Made by a program: the position numbers and the translations under genes
The notes under the pieces: generated by a model
What the model was told of the DNA's origin: nothing
Databases searched by the model: none
The model's input: only the letters and a program-made list of their open reading frames with translations
Source: an uncultured Rhodospirillales bacterium
GTDB lineage: Bacteria > Pseudomonadota > Alphaproteobacteria > CAZRBL01
Assembly (NCBI GenBank): GCA_964598335.1
Contig: CAZRBL010000006.1
Span: 937 to 64,936 of the forward strand
DNA: 64,000 nt
Reading direction: 5' to 3'
Shown: piece by piece, positions 10,242-21,841 of the stretch
How the letters are laid out: the number at the start of each line of letters is the position of its first letter
How positions within the stretch are numbered: position 1 is the stretch's first letter

Positions 10242-11485
10242 TGCTGTCGAGCTTTGAACGTATGGTGGCGCTACGCTATTTGCGGGCGCGCAAGCAGGAA
10301 GGCTTTGTTTCGGTCATCGCCGGCTTTTCCTTTCTCGGCATCCTGCTCGGCGTGGCGACGCTGATCATCGTTCTTTCGGTGATGGGCGGTTTCCGTGCCG
10401 AGCTATTGAGCCGCATTCTCGGAGTACAGGGCCATCTCGACGTTTTTGCCTATGGCGGCATGATCGAGCAGCCCGACCTGCTCTCGGATCGCATACTTGC
10501 CACCGCGGGTGTCGTCGACGTTCTGCAGGTGATCGAAGGGCAGGCGCTGATTACCAGCGGCGAAACCGCATCAGGCGCACTGATCCGCGGCATGCAGCCC
10601 GAGCAGCTGGTGCGCAAACCGGTAATCGGTGAGGCGATTATCAATGGCAGCATCGAGGCGATGGGGAATGACGGCCTGCTGATCGGCAGCCGCATGGCAC
10701 AGCGCCTTGGCCTGACCGTCGGCGATCGGATGACGCTGATCAGCCCCAAGGGCAAACCCGGCCCCTTCGGAACGCTGCCGCGTCAGCGCGCCTATCCGAT
10801 TGCCGGGATCTTTGATGTCGGCATGTATGAATATGACAGCAATCTGATTTTCATGCCGCTGGAGGCGGCACGGACCTTCCTGGCGCTGGGGCCCGGTGTC
10901 ACCCTGCTGGAAGTCTTCGTCACCGACCCCGCGGAGAAAATCGCCGAACGCAGCCGCTCGGTCGAAGGCGCGCTCGGCCAATCCGGTTATGTGATTGACT
11001 GGCAACGGCGTAATGCCAGCTTTTTCAGTGCCTTGCAGGTCGAACGCAATGTCATGTTCATCATCCTGTCGCTGATCATTCTGGTTGCCGCCTTCAATAT
11101 CGTTTCCAGCCTGATCATGCTGGTCAAGGATAAGGGCAGGGGCATCGCGATCCTGCGCACCATGGGCGCCACGCGCGGCATGATCATGCGGATTTTTCTC
11201 GTCACCGGCTCTCTGGTCGGCCTCGTCGGCACGCTCGGCGGGTTGATCCTCGGGCTGAGCTTTGCCGCCAATATCGATAGTATCAGACGGGTCATCGAAT
11301 CGCTCTCGGGTACCGAGCTGTGGTCGGCTGAGGTGCGTTTCCTGTCCCAGATCCCGGCCATCATCGATCCGGGAGAAGTCCTGACCGTAACCGGCATCGC
11401 CCTGCTGCTGACCTTCGCCGCGACGCTTTACCCATCCTGGCGTGCGGCGCGGCTCGATCCGGTTGAAGCGCTGCGTTATGAATGA
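10241..11485 (+). CDS. lolE: Lipoprotein-releasing system permease (LolC/LolE, FtsX family)
   Basis: MVALRYLRARKQEGFVSVIAGFSFLGI N-terminus, 4 TM plus periplasmic loop; ATGA overlap with proS. Confidence 0.85.
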   Translation: MLSSFERMVALRYLRARKQEGFVSVIAGFSFLGILLGVATLIIVLSVMGGFRAELLSRILGVQGHLDVFAYGGMIEQPDLLSDRILATAGVVDVLQVIEGQALITSGETASGALIRGMQPEQLVRKPVIGEAIINGSIEAMGNDGLLIGSRMAQRLGLTVGDRMTLISPKGKPGPFGTLPRQRAYPIAGIFDVGMYEYDSNLIFMPLEAARTFLALGPGVTLLEVFVTDPAEKIAERSRSVEGALGQSGYVIDWQRRNASFFSALQVERNVMFIILSLIILVAAFNIVSSLIMLVKDKGRGIAILRTMGATRGMIMRIFLVTGSLVGLVGTLGGLILGLSFAANIDSIRRVIESLSGTELWSAEVRFLSQIPAIIDPGEVLTVTGIALLLTFAATLYPSWRAARLDPVEALRYE

Positions 11486-12185
11486 TCGCGTGCAGCGGGA
11501 AGTGCTGCAGCTTCAGGGTGTTATCAGAACCTTTCGCCAGGCAGGCGCGCCGCCGCTGGAAGTATTGCGCGGCTGTGATCTGGCGTTGCCGCGCGGCTCA
11601 ACCGTCGCTCTCGTGGGCCCCTCGGGCGCGGGAAAATCGACCTTGCTGCAGATCGCCGGCCTTCTCGAACAGCCGACCGCCGGTCAGGTGGTCATCGACG
11701 GCCAGGAGGCGGGCTCGCTGGATGACGGTGCGCGCACGGCGCTTCGACGCCGCAAGCTGGGCTTCGTCTATCAGTTTCATCATTTGCTGCCGGAGTTCAG
11801 CGCGCTGGAAAATGTCGCCCTGCCGGCGATGATCGCCGGGTCGAGCCGGTCTGCAGCGGCTGAAAAAGCGGCAAAGCTGCTTGACCGCGTCGGCCTCGCG
11901 CAGCGGCTTGAGCATCGCCCGGCGCGGCTCTCCGGCGGGGAGCAGCAACGGGTCGCCATCGCCCGCGCGCTGGTCAACGGGCCGGCGGTTCTGATCGCCG
12001 ATGAACCGACCGGCAATCTGGACGAAGACACCGCCGACGTGGTCTTCTCTTTGCTCAAGGAGTTGGCCGCCGAATCCGCCGTGGCGGCCCTGATCGCCAC
12101 CCATAATCGTGAGCTCGCCAGTCGAATGGACCAGATTTTTGAGCTGCATCAAGGGCTTCTAAAGCGGGTTGAGGATAAAGGATGA
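11478..12185 (+). CDS. lolD: Lipoprotein-releasing system ATP-binding protein
   Basis: Walker A GPSGAGKST, LSGGEQQRVAIARAL signature; 8-nt overlap with lolE. Confidence 0.88.
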   Translation: MNDRVQREVLQLQGVIRTFRQAGAPPLEVLRGCDLALPRGSTVALVGPSGAGKSTLLQIAGLLEQPTAGQVVIDGQEAGSLDDGARTALRRRKLGFVYQFHHLLPEFSALENVALPAMIAGSSRSAAAEKAAKLLDRVGLAQRLEHRPARLSGGEQQRVAIARALVNGPAVLIADEPTGNLDEDTADVVFSLLKELAAESAVAALIATHNRELASRMDQIFELHQGLLKRVEDKG

Positions 12186-15100
12186 ACGAGGCCGGCTTCG
12201 TTCATCTGCGCGTACATTCCGCCTATTCGCTGGCCGAGAGCGCGCTGCGCCTCAAGGACATCGCCGAACTGTGCGGCAAAATGGAGATGCCCGCCGTCGC
12301 CGTCACGGACAGCAATAATCTGTTCGGCGCGCTGGAATTCGCCACGGCGATGGCGGGGCAGGGCGTGCAGCCGATCATCGGCTGCGATCTGACGCTTCGC
12401 TGGTCGGAACTGAGTGGTTCAACAGCGGGCCATGGCGAGGGCGAGGTCATTCTGCCGCTGCTTGTGCAGAATGAGACCGGATATCGAAATCTGCTGCACC
12501 TGGTCAGTCGCAGCTTTCTCGACAGCGATCCGCAGGATCAGCCACATCTGCCCCTGACTGCGCTGGAAGGACGGTGCGACGGGCTGATCGCGCTGACCGG
12601 TGGCTTTGACGGCCCGCTCGGCGCGCCGCTGCTGCAAGGACGCATGGTCGTCGCCGAAGAGCGACTGGCGCATCTGCGGAACTGCTTTGGCGACAGGCTT
12701 TACGTCGAAATCCAGCGCCATGGTCGTGCGGAGGAGGACGCGATTGAGGATGGGCTGGTCGATCTCGCCTACCGGCTCGACCTGCCATTGGTCGCAACCA
12801 ATACCTGTTTGTTCGCCAATGAGGCGATGCACGCTGCGCATGATGCCTTGCTGTGCATCGCTGCCGGAACCGTCACCTCGAATGACGACCGCCGTAAGGT
12901 GACGCCTGATTACCGTTTCAAGACCGCCACCGAAATGCGGGCACTGTTCGCCGATATGCCGGAAGCCGTGGCCAATACGCTGGTTATCGCGCAACGCTGT
13001 CATTTTCTGCTCAAGCCGATCGATCCGATCCTGCCGCCTTTCGCCACCAAGGGCGGTCGCAGCGAGAGCGAAGAGCTGCGAGCGCAGGCTGTGGCAGGGC
13101 TGGAGACGCGGCTTAGGGAGCTGGAAGGCGACCGGCAGCCCTATTTCGATCGGCTCGAGGAAGAGCTCGGCATCATCGAGAATATGGGCTTTCCGGGCTA
13201 TTTTCTGATCGTTGCGGATTTCATCCAGTGGGCGAAGGCGCAAGGCATTCCGGTCGGGCCGGGTCGGGGGTCCGGCGCCGGTTCGGTCGTCGCCTGGGCG
13301 CTGACGATCACCGATCTCGATCCGCTGCGCTTCGGCTTGCTGTTCGAGCGCTTTCTCAATCCCGAACGGGTATCGATGCCGGATTTCGACGTCGATTTCT
13401 GTCAGGAGCGCCGCGATGAAGTGATCCGCTATGTGCAAAGGAAATACGGTGATGATCGCGTCGCTCAGATCATTACCTTCGGAAAGCTTCAGGCGCGGGC
13501 TGTGGTGCGCGATGTCGGCCGCGTTCTGCAGCAGCGCTTCGGCGAGACGGACCGTCTGTGCAAGATGATCCCGAACAACCCGGCCAAGCCCGTCACACTG
13601 CAACAGGCGATCGATGCCGAACCGCTGTTGCAGCAGGCACAGCGGGATGACGCAACGACCGGGCAGGTCATCGATTACGCGCTCAAGCTGGAAGGGCTGT
13701 ATCGCCACGCTTCGACCCATGCCGCCGGTGTGGTCATCGGCGATCGGCCGCTCGACGAGCTGATACCGCTTTATCGCGATCCCCGCTCGGACATGCCGGT
13801 GACCCAGTTCAATATGAAATGGGTCGAACAGGCCGGATTGGTGAAGTTCGATTTCCTTGGTCTCAAGACCCTGACAGTATTGCAGAAAGCAGTCGAACTG
13901 ATCGCTGCGCAGGGACTCGAACCGCCCGATCTCGACCGTCTGCCGCTCGACGATGAAGAAACCTATGCGTTGATGACCCGCGGCGACACGGTAGGGGTGT
14001 TCCAGCTGGAATCGAGCGGCATGCGCGACACGCTGCGCAAGGTGAAGCCCAACCGGTTCGAGGACATCATCGCGCTCGTCTCGCTCTATCGCCCCGGGCC
14101 GATGGACAACATACCCAAATACATTGCGGTGAAGGCGGGAAAGGAGCAGCCCGACTATCTGCATCCGCGGCTGAAGCCGATCCTCGAGGAAACCTTCGGG
14201 ATCATGATCTATCAGGAACAGGTCATGCAGTGCGCGCAGGAGCTTGCGGGCTACAGCCTTGGCGGCGCGGACCTGCTGCGTCGCGCGATGGGCAAGAAGA
14301 TCAAGGAGGCGATGGACGCCGAGCAGGAAAAGTTCATCAAGGGCGCAACGGAGCGGGGTGTCGACCCTGATCAGGCGCAGCGCATTTTCGATCAGATGGC
14401 GAAATTTGCAGGCTATGGCTTCAACAAGTCACACGCCGCCGCCTATGCGCTCATTGCCTATCAGACCGGTTATCTGAAAGCGAATTACCCTGTCGAATTC
14501 CTTGCCGCCTCGATGACGCTCGATCTCGGCAATACCGATAAGCTGAATGTTTTTCAGCAGGAGTTGCAACGGCTGGATATCCCTCTCCTGCCGCCGGATG
14601 TGAACGCATCCAACGCTGAATTCGTCGTCGAACTGGATCGGACAAGCGGCAAGAAGGGGATCCGCTATGCGCTCGGCGCGATCAAGGGAGTCGGCAGTGT
14701 TGCCATGGCGGGCCTTGCGGCAGAACGGGAGCAGGAGGGCAAATTTCTCGATCTTTTCGATCTCGCTCAGCGGGTCGATCCGCAACATCTCAACAAGAGG
14801 ATGTGGGAGCAATTGGCCAATGCCGGCGCATTCGCGCAATTGGAACCCAATCGCGCCAGGGCCTTCGCCAGTGCCGAGACGGTGCTGTCTTATGGACAGT
14901 CAGCGGCGGCAGACCGCGAGAGCGGCCAGAACAGCCTGTTCGGGGGCGACAGCGGGGCGGATCTGCCCAAGCCGCGCCTGCCCGAGGTGCCGGATTGGGA
15001 CGAGATCGACCGGCTGCAGCGCGAATTCGGCGCCATCGGCTTTTATCTTACTGCGCATCCTCTGGATGGCCATGCGGCGACGCTGCGCAAGCTCGGCGTC

Positions 15101-15631
15101 ATCGCTTTTCGTGATCTCGCCGCGAGCATTGCTATCGGCACCTCCGGCGGCAGCAAGACCATGGCCGGTATCGTCACAAAGCTGACCATGCGCAACGCGC
15201 CGGACGGTCGCCGCTATGCTTTCCTGCAGCTATCCGATCCCAGCGGGATTTTCGAGATTCGGCTGTTCGATGAAGTGCTCGATGCCTATCGCGAGCTCTG
15301 TGTCGTCGGTTCATCACTGGTGGTTCTGGTCGACGCCGTGCTGCGCGAGGACAATCTGCGTCTGACCATGCGCGGTGCCGAACCTTTTGACGAAGCGATG
15401 CAACGTGCCACCGACGGTTTGCAGATCTTCGTCGAGACGCCGGATGCGATCCGCGGTATTCGCGAGTCTCTGGAAAAAGCGGGTCAAGGCCGGGGCCGGG
15501 TCGTCATGATCATCCGCGACGGAAGCCCCAATGAGATCGACGTCGAGCTTGATGAGCGATGGGCGGTAACGGAGCAATGCCGCCGCAGCATCAAATCTCT
15601 GCCGGGCGTTGTTGACGTGCACACCGTCTGA
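12182..15631 (+). CDS. dnaE: DNA polymerase III alpha subunit
   Basis: 1149 aa, PHP domain N-terminus ([13 protein letters not shown]), polymerase core; ATGA overlap with lolD. Confidence 0.95.
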   Translation: MNEAGFVHLRVHSAYSLAESALRLKDIAELCGKMEMPAVAVTDSNNLFGALEFATAMAGQGVQPIIGCDLTLRWSELSGSTAGHGEGEVILPLLVQNETGYRNLLHLVSRSFLDSDPQDQPHLPLTALEGRCDGLIALTGGFDGPLGAPLLQGRMVVAEERLAHLRNCFGDRLYVEIQRHGRAEEDAIEDGLVDLAYRLDLPLVATNTCLFANEAMHAAHDALLCIAAGTVTSNDDRRKVTPDYRFKTATEMRALFADMPEAVANTLVIAQRCHFLLKPIDPILPPFATKGGRSESEELRAQAVAGLETRLRELEGDRQPYFDRLEEELGIIENMGFPGYFLIVADFIQWAKAQGIPVGPGRGSGAGSVVAWALTITDLDPLRFGLLFERFLNPERVSMPDFDVDFCQERRDEVIRYVQRKYGDDRVAQIITFGKLQARAVVRDVGRVLQQRFGETDRLCKMIPNNPAKPVTLQQAIDAEPLLQQAQRDDATTGQVIDYALKLEGLYRHASTHAAGVVIGDRPLDELIPLYRDPRSDMPVTQFNMKWVEQAGLVKFDFLGLKTLTVLQKAVELIAAQGLEPPDLDRLPLDDEETYALMTRGDTVGVFQLESSGMRDTLRKVKPNRFEDIIALVSLYRPGPMDNIPKYIAVKAGKEQPDYLHPRLKPILEETFGIMIYQEQVMQCAQELAGYSLGGADLLRRAMGKKIKEAMDAEQEKFIKGATERGVDPDQAQRIFDQMAKFAGYGFNKSHAAAYALIAYQTGYLKANYPVEFLAASMTLDLGNTDKLNVFQQELQRLDIPLLPPDVNASNAEFVVELDRTSGKKGIRYALGAIKGVGSVAMAGLAAEREQEGKFLDLFDLAQRVDPQHLNKRMWEQLANAGAFAQLEPNRARAFASAETVLSYGQSAAADRESGQNSLFGGDSGADLPKPRLPEVPDWDEIDRLQREFGAIGFYLTAHPLDGHAATLRKLGVIAFRDLAASIAIGTSGGSKTMAGIVTKLTMRNAPDGRRYAFLQLSDPSGIFEIRLFDEVLDAYRELCVVGSSLVVLVDAVLREDNLRLTMRGAEPFDEAMQRATDGLQIFVETPDAIRGIRESLEKAGQGRGRVVMIIRDGSPNEIDVELDERWAVTEQCRRSIKSLPGVVDVHTV

Positions 15632-15821
15632 ACACACCTACCGTCTGGGCGACAGACTTGCTTTTGACGGCGAGTCTGATGTATCGCCCGCATCATTCCA
15701 CACGCGGGATGTACGCTGGCCGCAGAATTTCGGTTCTGTGGGCGGCGTTCCGGTGTCCGGTCCTCAGTTGATGGGGATCGGGCTTGGTCCCGCGGAGGCT
15801 AAACCGGAAAACGAGGATAAA

Positions 15822-16685
15822 ATGACCGTTCCGACCTTTACCATGCGCCAGCTGCTCGAAGCCGGCGTCCATTTCGGCCACCATACGCGCCGCTGGAACC
15901 CCAAGATGAAAAGCTTCATCTTCGGTGTTCGCAATAATGTTCACATCATCAATCTCGAAGTCACGGTACCGATGCTGTACCGCGCCCTCGAAGTCGTCAG
16001 CGAAACCGTGTCTAACGGCGGCCGCATCCTGTTCGTCGGCACCAAGCGTCAGGCGGCGGACAAGATTGCCGAAACCGCCCAGCGCTGCGGCCAGTATTAT
16101 GTCAATCACCGGTGGCTCGGCGGCATGCTGACGAACTGGAAAACGATTTCCAATTCGATTAAGCGCCTGAAGGACCTGAATGAGCAGCTTGCCGAAGGGC
16201 AGGAGGGGCTCACCAAACGTGAAATGCTGACGCTGACCCGCGAGCGCGACAAGCTCGACCGGGCGCTCGGCGGCATCATGGAGATGGGCGGCCTGCCCGA
16301 TTTGCTGGTGATCATCGACACCAACCGGGAAGCCATTGCTGTCCAGGAAGCCAACAAGCTGGGTGTGCCGGTCGTTGCTGTCGTCGATAGCAACAGCGAT
16401 CCGGACGGTATCGATTTCCCGATCCCGGGCAATGACGATGCGCTGCGCGCCATCGATCTTTATTGTGACCTGTTCAGCCGTGCCGTGTTGTCGGGTCTCG
16501 AGCAGGAACTGGTGGCAACCGGAACCGATATCGGTGCGCTTGAGGAACAGCCTGCAGAGGAACTTCCGAACGACGCCGCTGCGGCGAGTGACGCTGCCGA
16601 AGCTGAGCAAGCCGGGCAGCCCTCCGCCGAAGAGTCGGCTGATGCGCCGGGCGCGGAAGCGACCGAGCAAAAAGAAAACGCCTAA
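15822..16685 (+). CDS. rpsB: 30S ribosomal protein S2
   Basis: [23 protein letters not shown]2 signature with acidic C-terminal tail; RBS GGAAAACGAGGA upstream. Confidence 0.93.
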   Translation: MTVPTFTMRQLLEAGVHFGHHTRRWNPKMKSFIFGVRNNVHIINLEVTVPMLYRALEVVSETVSNGGRILFVGTKRQAADKIAETAQRCGQYYVNHRWLGGMLTNWKTISNSIKRLKDLNEQLAEGQEGLTKREMLTLTRERDKLDRALGGIMEMGGLPDLLVIIDTNREAIAVQEANKLGVPVVAVVDSNSDPDGIDFPIPGNDDALRAIDLYCDLFSRAVLSGLEQELVATGTDIGALEEQPAEELPNDAAAASDAAEAEQAGQPSAEESADAPGAEATEQKENA

Positions 16686-16716
16686 TCAGACGCCCCCCGT
16701 TAAGGACCAACCCCCG

Positions 16717-17643
16717 ATGAGCCAGATCTCAGCGAAATCCGTCAAAGAACTCCGGGAAAAGACCGGTGCCGGCATGATGGACTGCAAAAATGCGCTCGCC
16801 GAAACCGGCGGTGACATGGAAGCCGCCGTCGACTGGTTGAGAAAGAAGGGGCTGTCCAAGGCGGCGAAAAAATCGGCAAGGACTGCTGCCGATGGTCTGG
16901 TCGGTGTGGCGGCCGCCGATAAGGTCGGTGCCGTTGTCGAGGTTAACGCCGAAACCGATTTCGTTGCTCGCAATGAGGCGTTCCAGGACATGGTCGCACA
17001 GATCGCCGATCTGGCCCTGCAAATCGGCGATGATGTCGAGGCGCTCAGCAACGCGACCCTGCCCGCAACCGGCCAGCCGGTTACCGCCAGCCTGACGGAT
17101 CTGATCGCCAAGATCGGTGAGAACATGGCGCTTCGCCGGGCCGCACGGCTGAGTGTCGAGAACGGCGTTGTCGCGAGCTATGTACACAGCGCCTTGAAGC
17201 CCGGCCTGGGCAAGATCGGTGTTCTGATTGCGTTGGAATCAACGGCGGATGCTGACGCGCTGCAGAGTTTGGGACGGCAATTGGCGATGCATGTCGCCGC
17301 TGCGCGCCCCGAATCGCTGACCGTCGAAGAGCTCGACCCCGCCAGCATCGAACGCGAGCGCGCGGTGCTGTCGGAACAGGCGCGGGCCAGCGGCAAGCCG
17401 GAAGAGATCATCGAAAAAATGGTGCAGGGGCGGCTGCGCAAATTCTATGAGGAAGTCGTTCTGCTCGAGCAGGTTTACGTCATCGACGGCGAGAGCAAGG
17501 TGAAACAGGTGATCGAGAAGGCCGCCAAGGATTTGGGGGTACCGGTGACGCTGACAGGCTTTGCCCGTTTCGAGCTCGGCGAGGGTATCGAGACCGAGGA
17601 CAGCGATTTCGCCGCGGAGGTGGCTGCAACCCTCGCCGGTTAA
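16717..17643 (+). CDS. tsf: Elongation factor Ts
   Basis: [40 protein letters not shown]-like N-terminus. Confidence 0.93.
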   Translation: MSQISAKSVKELREKTGAGMMDCKNALAETGGDMEAAVDWLRKKGLSKAAKKSARTAADGLVGVAAADKVGAVVEVNAETDFVARNEAFQDMVAQIADLALQIGDDVEALSNATLPATGQPVTASLTDLIAKIGENMALRRAARLSVENGVVASYVHSALKPGLGKIGVLIALESTADADALQSLGRQLAMHVAAARPESLTVEELDPASIERERAVLSEQARASGKPEEIIEKMVQGRLRKFYEEVVLLEQVYVIDGESKVKQVIEKAAKDLGVPVTLTGFARFELGEGIETEDSDFAAEVAATLAG

Positions 17644-17671
17644 CGGTTAGCGCAGGACGGAGACCGAAAGA

Positions 17672-18394
17672 ATGCAGCCATTCAAACGTGTCCTGCTCAA
17701 GGTTTCCGGTGAAGCGCTGATGGGCGATCGCGACTACGGTATCGATCCGTCGGTATGTAACCGTGTTGCCGCGGAAATTGCCGATGTCGCAAGCGGCGGT
17801 GTCGAAATCTGCGCCGTCATCGGCGGCGGCAACATTTTCCGTGGCGTCTCGGGCGCTGCCGGCGGTATGGAGCGCGCCTCAGCCGATTATATGGGCATGC
17901 TGGCTACCGTGATTAATGCGCTGGCGCTGCAAAATGCCCTTGAATCCAACGGCTTGCCGACGCGCGTACAATCCGCGATACCGATGCAGACGGTCTGCGA
18001 GAGCTATATTCGACGACGCGCGATACGGCATATGGAGAAGGGCAGGGTGGTGATTTTCGCCGCCGGCACCGGCAACCCGTTTTTTACCACCGACACAGCA
18101 GCGGCGTTGCGCGCCTCGGAAATGGGATGCGATTGCCTTCTCAAGGGCACGAAAGTGGATGGAGTTTACTCCGCCGACCCTATGGTCGATCCGAACGCCA
18201 CCAGATATGAACGTTTGAGCTATATGGACGTCCTGTCCCAAGACCTGAAGGTAATGGATGCCTCGGCAATTTCGCTTGCCCGCGAAAGCGCGATCCCTAT
18301 CGTGGTCTTTTCGATCCAGACTCCCGGCGCCTTTGCCCAAGCCGTGCGCGGCGAGGGCAATTTCACGCTGGTTGCTGACGATCCTGCATCGTAA
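17672..18394 (+). CDS. pyrH: UMP kinase
   Basis: [11 protein letters not shown]...GGGNIFRG amino-acid kinase motifs. Confidence 0.93.
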   Translation: MQPFKRVLLKVSGEALMGDRDYGIDPSVCNRVAAEIADVASGGVEICAVIGGGNIFRGVSGAAGGMERASADYMGMLATVINALALQNALESNGLPTRVQSAIPMQTVCESYIRRRAIRHMEKGRVVIFAAGTGNPFFTTDTAAALRASEMGCDCLLKGTKVDGVYSADPMVDPNATRYERLSYMDVLSQDLKVMDASAISLARESAIPIVVFSIQTPGAFAQAVRGEGNFTLVADDPAS

Positions 18395-18406
18395 GGAGCC
18401 CACACC

Positions 18407-18967
18407 GTGTCAGAAGACCTCGATACTGACGATCTGGAACGCCGCATGAGCGGTGCGGTCGATACCCTGAAAAAGGAATTTGCCGGGCTGCGGACAGGAC
18501 GCGCCTCGGTCAGCCTGCTCGAACCGGTCACAGTCGATGCCTATGGCAGCCGCATGCCGCTCAATCAGGTCGGAACCGTGGGGGTGCCGGAGCCGCGCCT
18601 GCTGACCGTTCAGGTCTGGGACAAGGGAATGGTAAAGGCAGTCGAAAAGGCGATCCGCGATGCCGGTCTGGGGCTCAACCCGCAGGCTGATGGAAGCTTG
18701 GTCCGCGTGCCGATTCCGGAGCTGAACGAGGAGCGCCGCAATGAGCTTGCCAAGGTCGCCAGCCGCTATGCCGAACAGGCGCGGGTGGCCGTGCGCAATG
18801 TTCGCCGGGACGGGATGGACAAGCTGAAGAAAATGGAAAAGGCCGGCGATCTTTCCGAGGATGATCATAAAGCCTGGGCGGATGAGGTTCAGGACATGAC
18901 CGACCGCTATATCAACGAAATTGATGAAACGACGGCGCGTAAAGAACAGGAAATCAAGCAGGTCTGA
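18407..18967 (+). CDS. frr: Ribosome recycling factor
   Basis: GTG start with AAGGAG RBS; 186 aa; [20 protein letters not shown] motif. Confidence 0.92.
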   Translation: MSEDLDTDDLERRMSGAVDTLKKEFAGLRTGRASVSLLEPVTVDAYGSRMPLNQVGTVGVPEPRLLTVQVWDKGMVKAVEKAIRDAGLGLNPQADGSLVRVPIPELNEERRNELAKVASRYAEQARVAVRNVRRDGMDKLKKMEKAGDLSEDDHKAWADEVQDMTDRYINEIDETTARKEQEIKQV

Positions 18968-18983
18968 TATTACATAACCTCTT

Positions 18984-19739
18984 ATGCCCGATACCGGCCT
19001 TTCCATCACCGCGCCGCTGCAACCCAGGCGGCCCAACCATGTCGCCATCATCATGGACGGCAATGGGCGTTGGGCGCGAAGCCGTGGGCTGCCGCGGACC
19101 GAAGGCCATCGCCGCGGGATTGATGCTGTTCGCAGAACGATGCGGGCGGCGCGTGACCTTGATATCCGCTATCTGACCCTATTCGGCTTTTCCCATGAAA
19201 ACTGGGGTCGGCCTCAGGGCGAGATCGCCGATTTGATGGGCTTGTTGCGGTTGTATCTTGTCAATGAGCTCGATGAGCTGGACCGCAATGAAGTGCGGCT
19301 TCGCGTTATCGGCGACCGCAGCCGCTTTGACGGCGAATTGGCTGCGCTGATTGAACGTGCCGAGATGCGGACGGCGGCGAATGACGCCTATTTTCTGACG
19401 GTGGCGCTGAGCTATGGCGGCCGGCAGGACATTGTTCAGGCGGCCCGCCAATTGGCTGAAGCGGCCAAGGCCGGCTTGATCGATCCCGCGCAAATCGACG
19501 AGTTCAGTATTGATGAGCGCTTGCTGACCCATGCGCTGCCCGATCCCGATTTGTTGATCAGAACCAGCGGCGAGAAGCGAATCAGCAATTTCCTGCTATG
19601 GCAATGTGCCTATGCAGAGCTCGTCTTCCTCGAAACCCTCTGGCCCGACTTCGGACTCGCCGACCTCGAGGCGGCCCTTACGGAGTACCAGCGACGTGAG
19701 CGCCGTTACGGCCGAGTCCTCCAGGCCGCCTGCCCGTAA
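18984..19739 (+). CDS. uppS: Isoprenyl transferase (undecaprenyl-diphosphate synthase)
   Basis: HVAIIMDGNGRWA and RTSGEKRISNFLLWQ cis-prenyltransferase motifs. Confidence 0.9.
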   Translation: MPDTGLSITAPLQPRRPNHVAIIMDGNGRWARSRGLPRTEGHRRGIDAVRRTMRAARDLDIRYLTLFGFSHENWGRPQGEIADLMGLLRLYLVNELDELDRNEVRLRVIGDRSRFDGELAALIERAEMRTAANDAYFLTVALSYGGRQDIVQAARQLAEAAKAGLIDPAQIDEFSIDERLLTHALPDPDLLIRTSGEKRISNFLLWQCAYAELVFLETLWPDFGLADLEAALTEYQRRERRYGRVLQAACP

Positions 19740-20538
19740 GAGCCGTGAACTCGAGGCGCGGATTGCGTCTGGTGTTGCGCTTGCGGCAATAACCCTTCTG
19801 ATCATCTGGATCGGCGGCTGGCTCTATATCGCCGCTGTGGCCGTTATGACATTGTTGGCCACCCATGAATGGCTGTCGCTGGTCAACGGCAGGCGTTTGC
19901 ACGGTGTCATGAGCGTAGCGACAGCACTGCTGGCCTTGTGCGGGGCCAAGGCGGCGCTGCTGCCTGCAGAGATTGCATCTGCCTGTCTGCTGCTTTCCGG
20001 TCTCGCCTTTTTTCTTTTCGCAGTTGCCGCCGGTGTCAGGCGCCCGGCCATGTCGGCGCTGGGCATGCTCTATGTCGGCGGTGCGGCGGCCGCACTGATC
20101 TATCTGCGTGAACAGCCGAATAGCGGCCTTGCCGTTATCCTGTTTCTGATGTTCTGCGTCTGGGCGACCGATACCGGGGGCTATGTTGTCGGCCGTTTCG
20201 TCGGTGGTTATCGGCTCTGGCCGGCGGTAAGCCCGGCAAAGACCTGGGCGGGGCTGTTCGGCGGCGTATCAGCGGCAGCGATTGTCGGCGCCAGCGTCGC
20301 GGTCTTTTTTGCCTCGCCGAATGTTGCTATGGCGGCACTCGTTGCGATCGGTCTGGCCTTCGCTGCCGTTGCGGGTGATCTGTTCGAGTCCAAATTGAAA
20401 CGCTTGTATAACGCCAAGGATAGCGGCAGCCTGATTCCGGGCCATGGCGGAATGCTCGATCGCATCGACGGTCTGCTGGCCGCAACGCTTGTTTTCGCCG
20501 GTATCGCCGGCCTGTTCCGTGCAGAGGTTTTTCCATGA
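19696..20538 (+). CDS. cdsA: Phosphatidate cytidylyltransferase
   Basis: CTP-transferase membrane protein with the C-terminal GHGGMLDRIDGL motif. Start uncertain: GTG 19696 overlaps the uppS tail, and the track start 19606 is deeper in uppS. Confidence 0.75.
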   Translation: MSAVTAESSRPPARKSRELEARIASGVALAAITLLIIWIGGWLYIAAVAVMTLLATHEWLSLVNGRRLHGVMSVATALLALCGAKAALLPAEIASACLLLSGLAFFLFAVAAGVRRPAMSALGMLYVGGAAAALIYLREQPNSGLAVILFLMFCVWATDTGGYVVGRFVGGYRLWPAVSPAKTWAGLFGGVSAAAIVGASVAVFFASPNVAMAALVAIGLAFAAVAGDLFESKLKRLYNAKDSGSLIPGHGGMLDRIDGLLAATLVFAGIAGLFRAEVFP

Positions 20539-21749
20539 GTTCAGCCCGAGTAGCGCCGCTGCGGAAACCGACTAAGGCCGTCGCATCCGAGAGCACGCGC
20601 AGCGTTACCCTGCTTGGTTCAACCGGCTCGATCGGTGCCAGCAGCCTGTCGGTCATTGACGCCAATCGTGATCACTACCGCATCGCCGCGCTGACCGCCT
20701 ATCGCAATGTCGATCGGCTGATTGAGCAATCCCGCAGCTATCGCCCCGAACTGGCGGTCATCGCCGATGAAACGGCGTATCCCGCGCTCAAGGACGGGCT
20801 TGCCGGAACCGGGATCGAGGTGGCCGCCGGCGCCGATGCGGTCAGTGATGCGGCGACACTGAACGCTGATCTGGTTGTCGCCGGGATCGTGGGTGCGGCC
20901 GGCCTGCCGAGCACCGTGAAAGCGATTGAGCGTGGTGCCACCGTGGCCTTTGCCAACAAGGAATGTCTGGTTTGCGCCGGTCCATTGATGATGAGCCTGG
21001 CCGCGCATGCCGGCGCTGATCTGCTGCCGATCGACAGCGAACATAATGCAATCTTTCAGGTCTTCGATTTTGCCAATCGGGAAAGCATCGAGCGGCTGAT
21101 CCTGACGGCATCCGGTGGTCCGTTCAGAGAGAAGACCAGGGCCGATATGGCACAAATGACCCCGCAGCAGGCGGTGGCGCATCCGGTTTGGTCGATGGGC
21201 GCAAAGATCTCGGTCGACAGCGCGACGATGATGAATAAGGGGCTTGAGCTGATCGAGGCCTCCTATCTTTTCGACATGCCCTCCGAGAAAATCGACATCA
21301 TCGTGCATCCGCAATCGATTGTTCATTCGATGGTCGAGTATATCGACGGATCGGTGCTGGCCCAGATGGGCACGCCGGATATGCGCACGCCGATCGCCTA
21401 TGCGCTGGCCTGGCCGCAACGCATCAAGGCGTGCGCCGACCGTCTCGACCTGACCCAGATTGCGAAGCTTGAGTTTTATCCCCCTGATCCCGAACAATTT
21501 CCGGCGTTGCGGCTTGCCCGAGAAGCGTTGGTCGCCGGTGGCTGCCGGACGACCGTATTGAACGCCGCCAATGAGGTCGCTGTCGCGCACTTCCTTGGCG
21601 GCCGGATCGGTTTTCTCGACATTGAGAGGGTCATCGAGGGTACATTGGAGACGATGGCGGTCCAGTCTCTAAGCGATATCGACACGGTCCTGAGCGTTGA
21701 CGCGGAAGCGCGGCGGGCCGCTGAAGCGGTTGTTCAGAAAGCCGCATAA
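20535..21749 (+). CDS. dxr: 1-deoxy-D-xylulose 5-phosphate reductoisomerase
   Basis: VTLLGSTGSIGASSL NADPH-binding N-terminus; ATGA overlap with cdsA. Confidence 0.88.
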   Translation: MSSARVAPLRKPTKAVASESTRSVTLLGSTGSIGASSLSVIDANRDHYRIAALTAYRNVDRLIEQSRSYRPELAVIADETAYPALKDGLAGTGIEVAAGADAVSDAATLNADLVVAGIVGAAGLPSTVKAIERGATVAFANKECLVCAGPLMMSLAAHAGADLLPIDSEHNAIFQVFDFANRESIERLILTASGGPFREKTRADMAQMTPQQAVAHPVWSMGAKISVDSATMMNKGLELIEASYLFDMPSEKIDIIVHPQSIVHSMVEYIDGSVLAQMGTPDMRTPIAYALAWPQRIKACADRLDLTQIAKLEFYPPDPEQFPALRLAREALVAGGCRTTVLNAANEVAVAHFLGGRIGFLDIERVIEGTLETMAVQSLSDIDTVLSVDAEARRAAEAVVQKAA

Positions 21750-21841
21750 GCGCCGCATTTTTCGGGACAATTAAAGCTTTGCGCGGCGACCGATCATGGT
21801 GCCGTATGAGAGATGCTTGGTAAGGTGGCACGAAAGGCAGA

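Noticed and set aside
21826-21841. TGGCACGAAAGGCAG resembling a sigma-54 -24/-12 promoter just upstream of rseP
   Set aside because: The -12 GC is displaced by one nucleotide and lacks the TTGC core; the position overlaps the rseP RBS; no reason to expect sigma-54 control of rseP.
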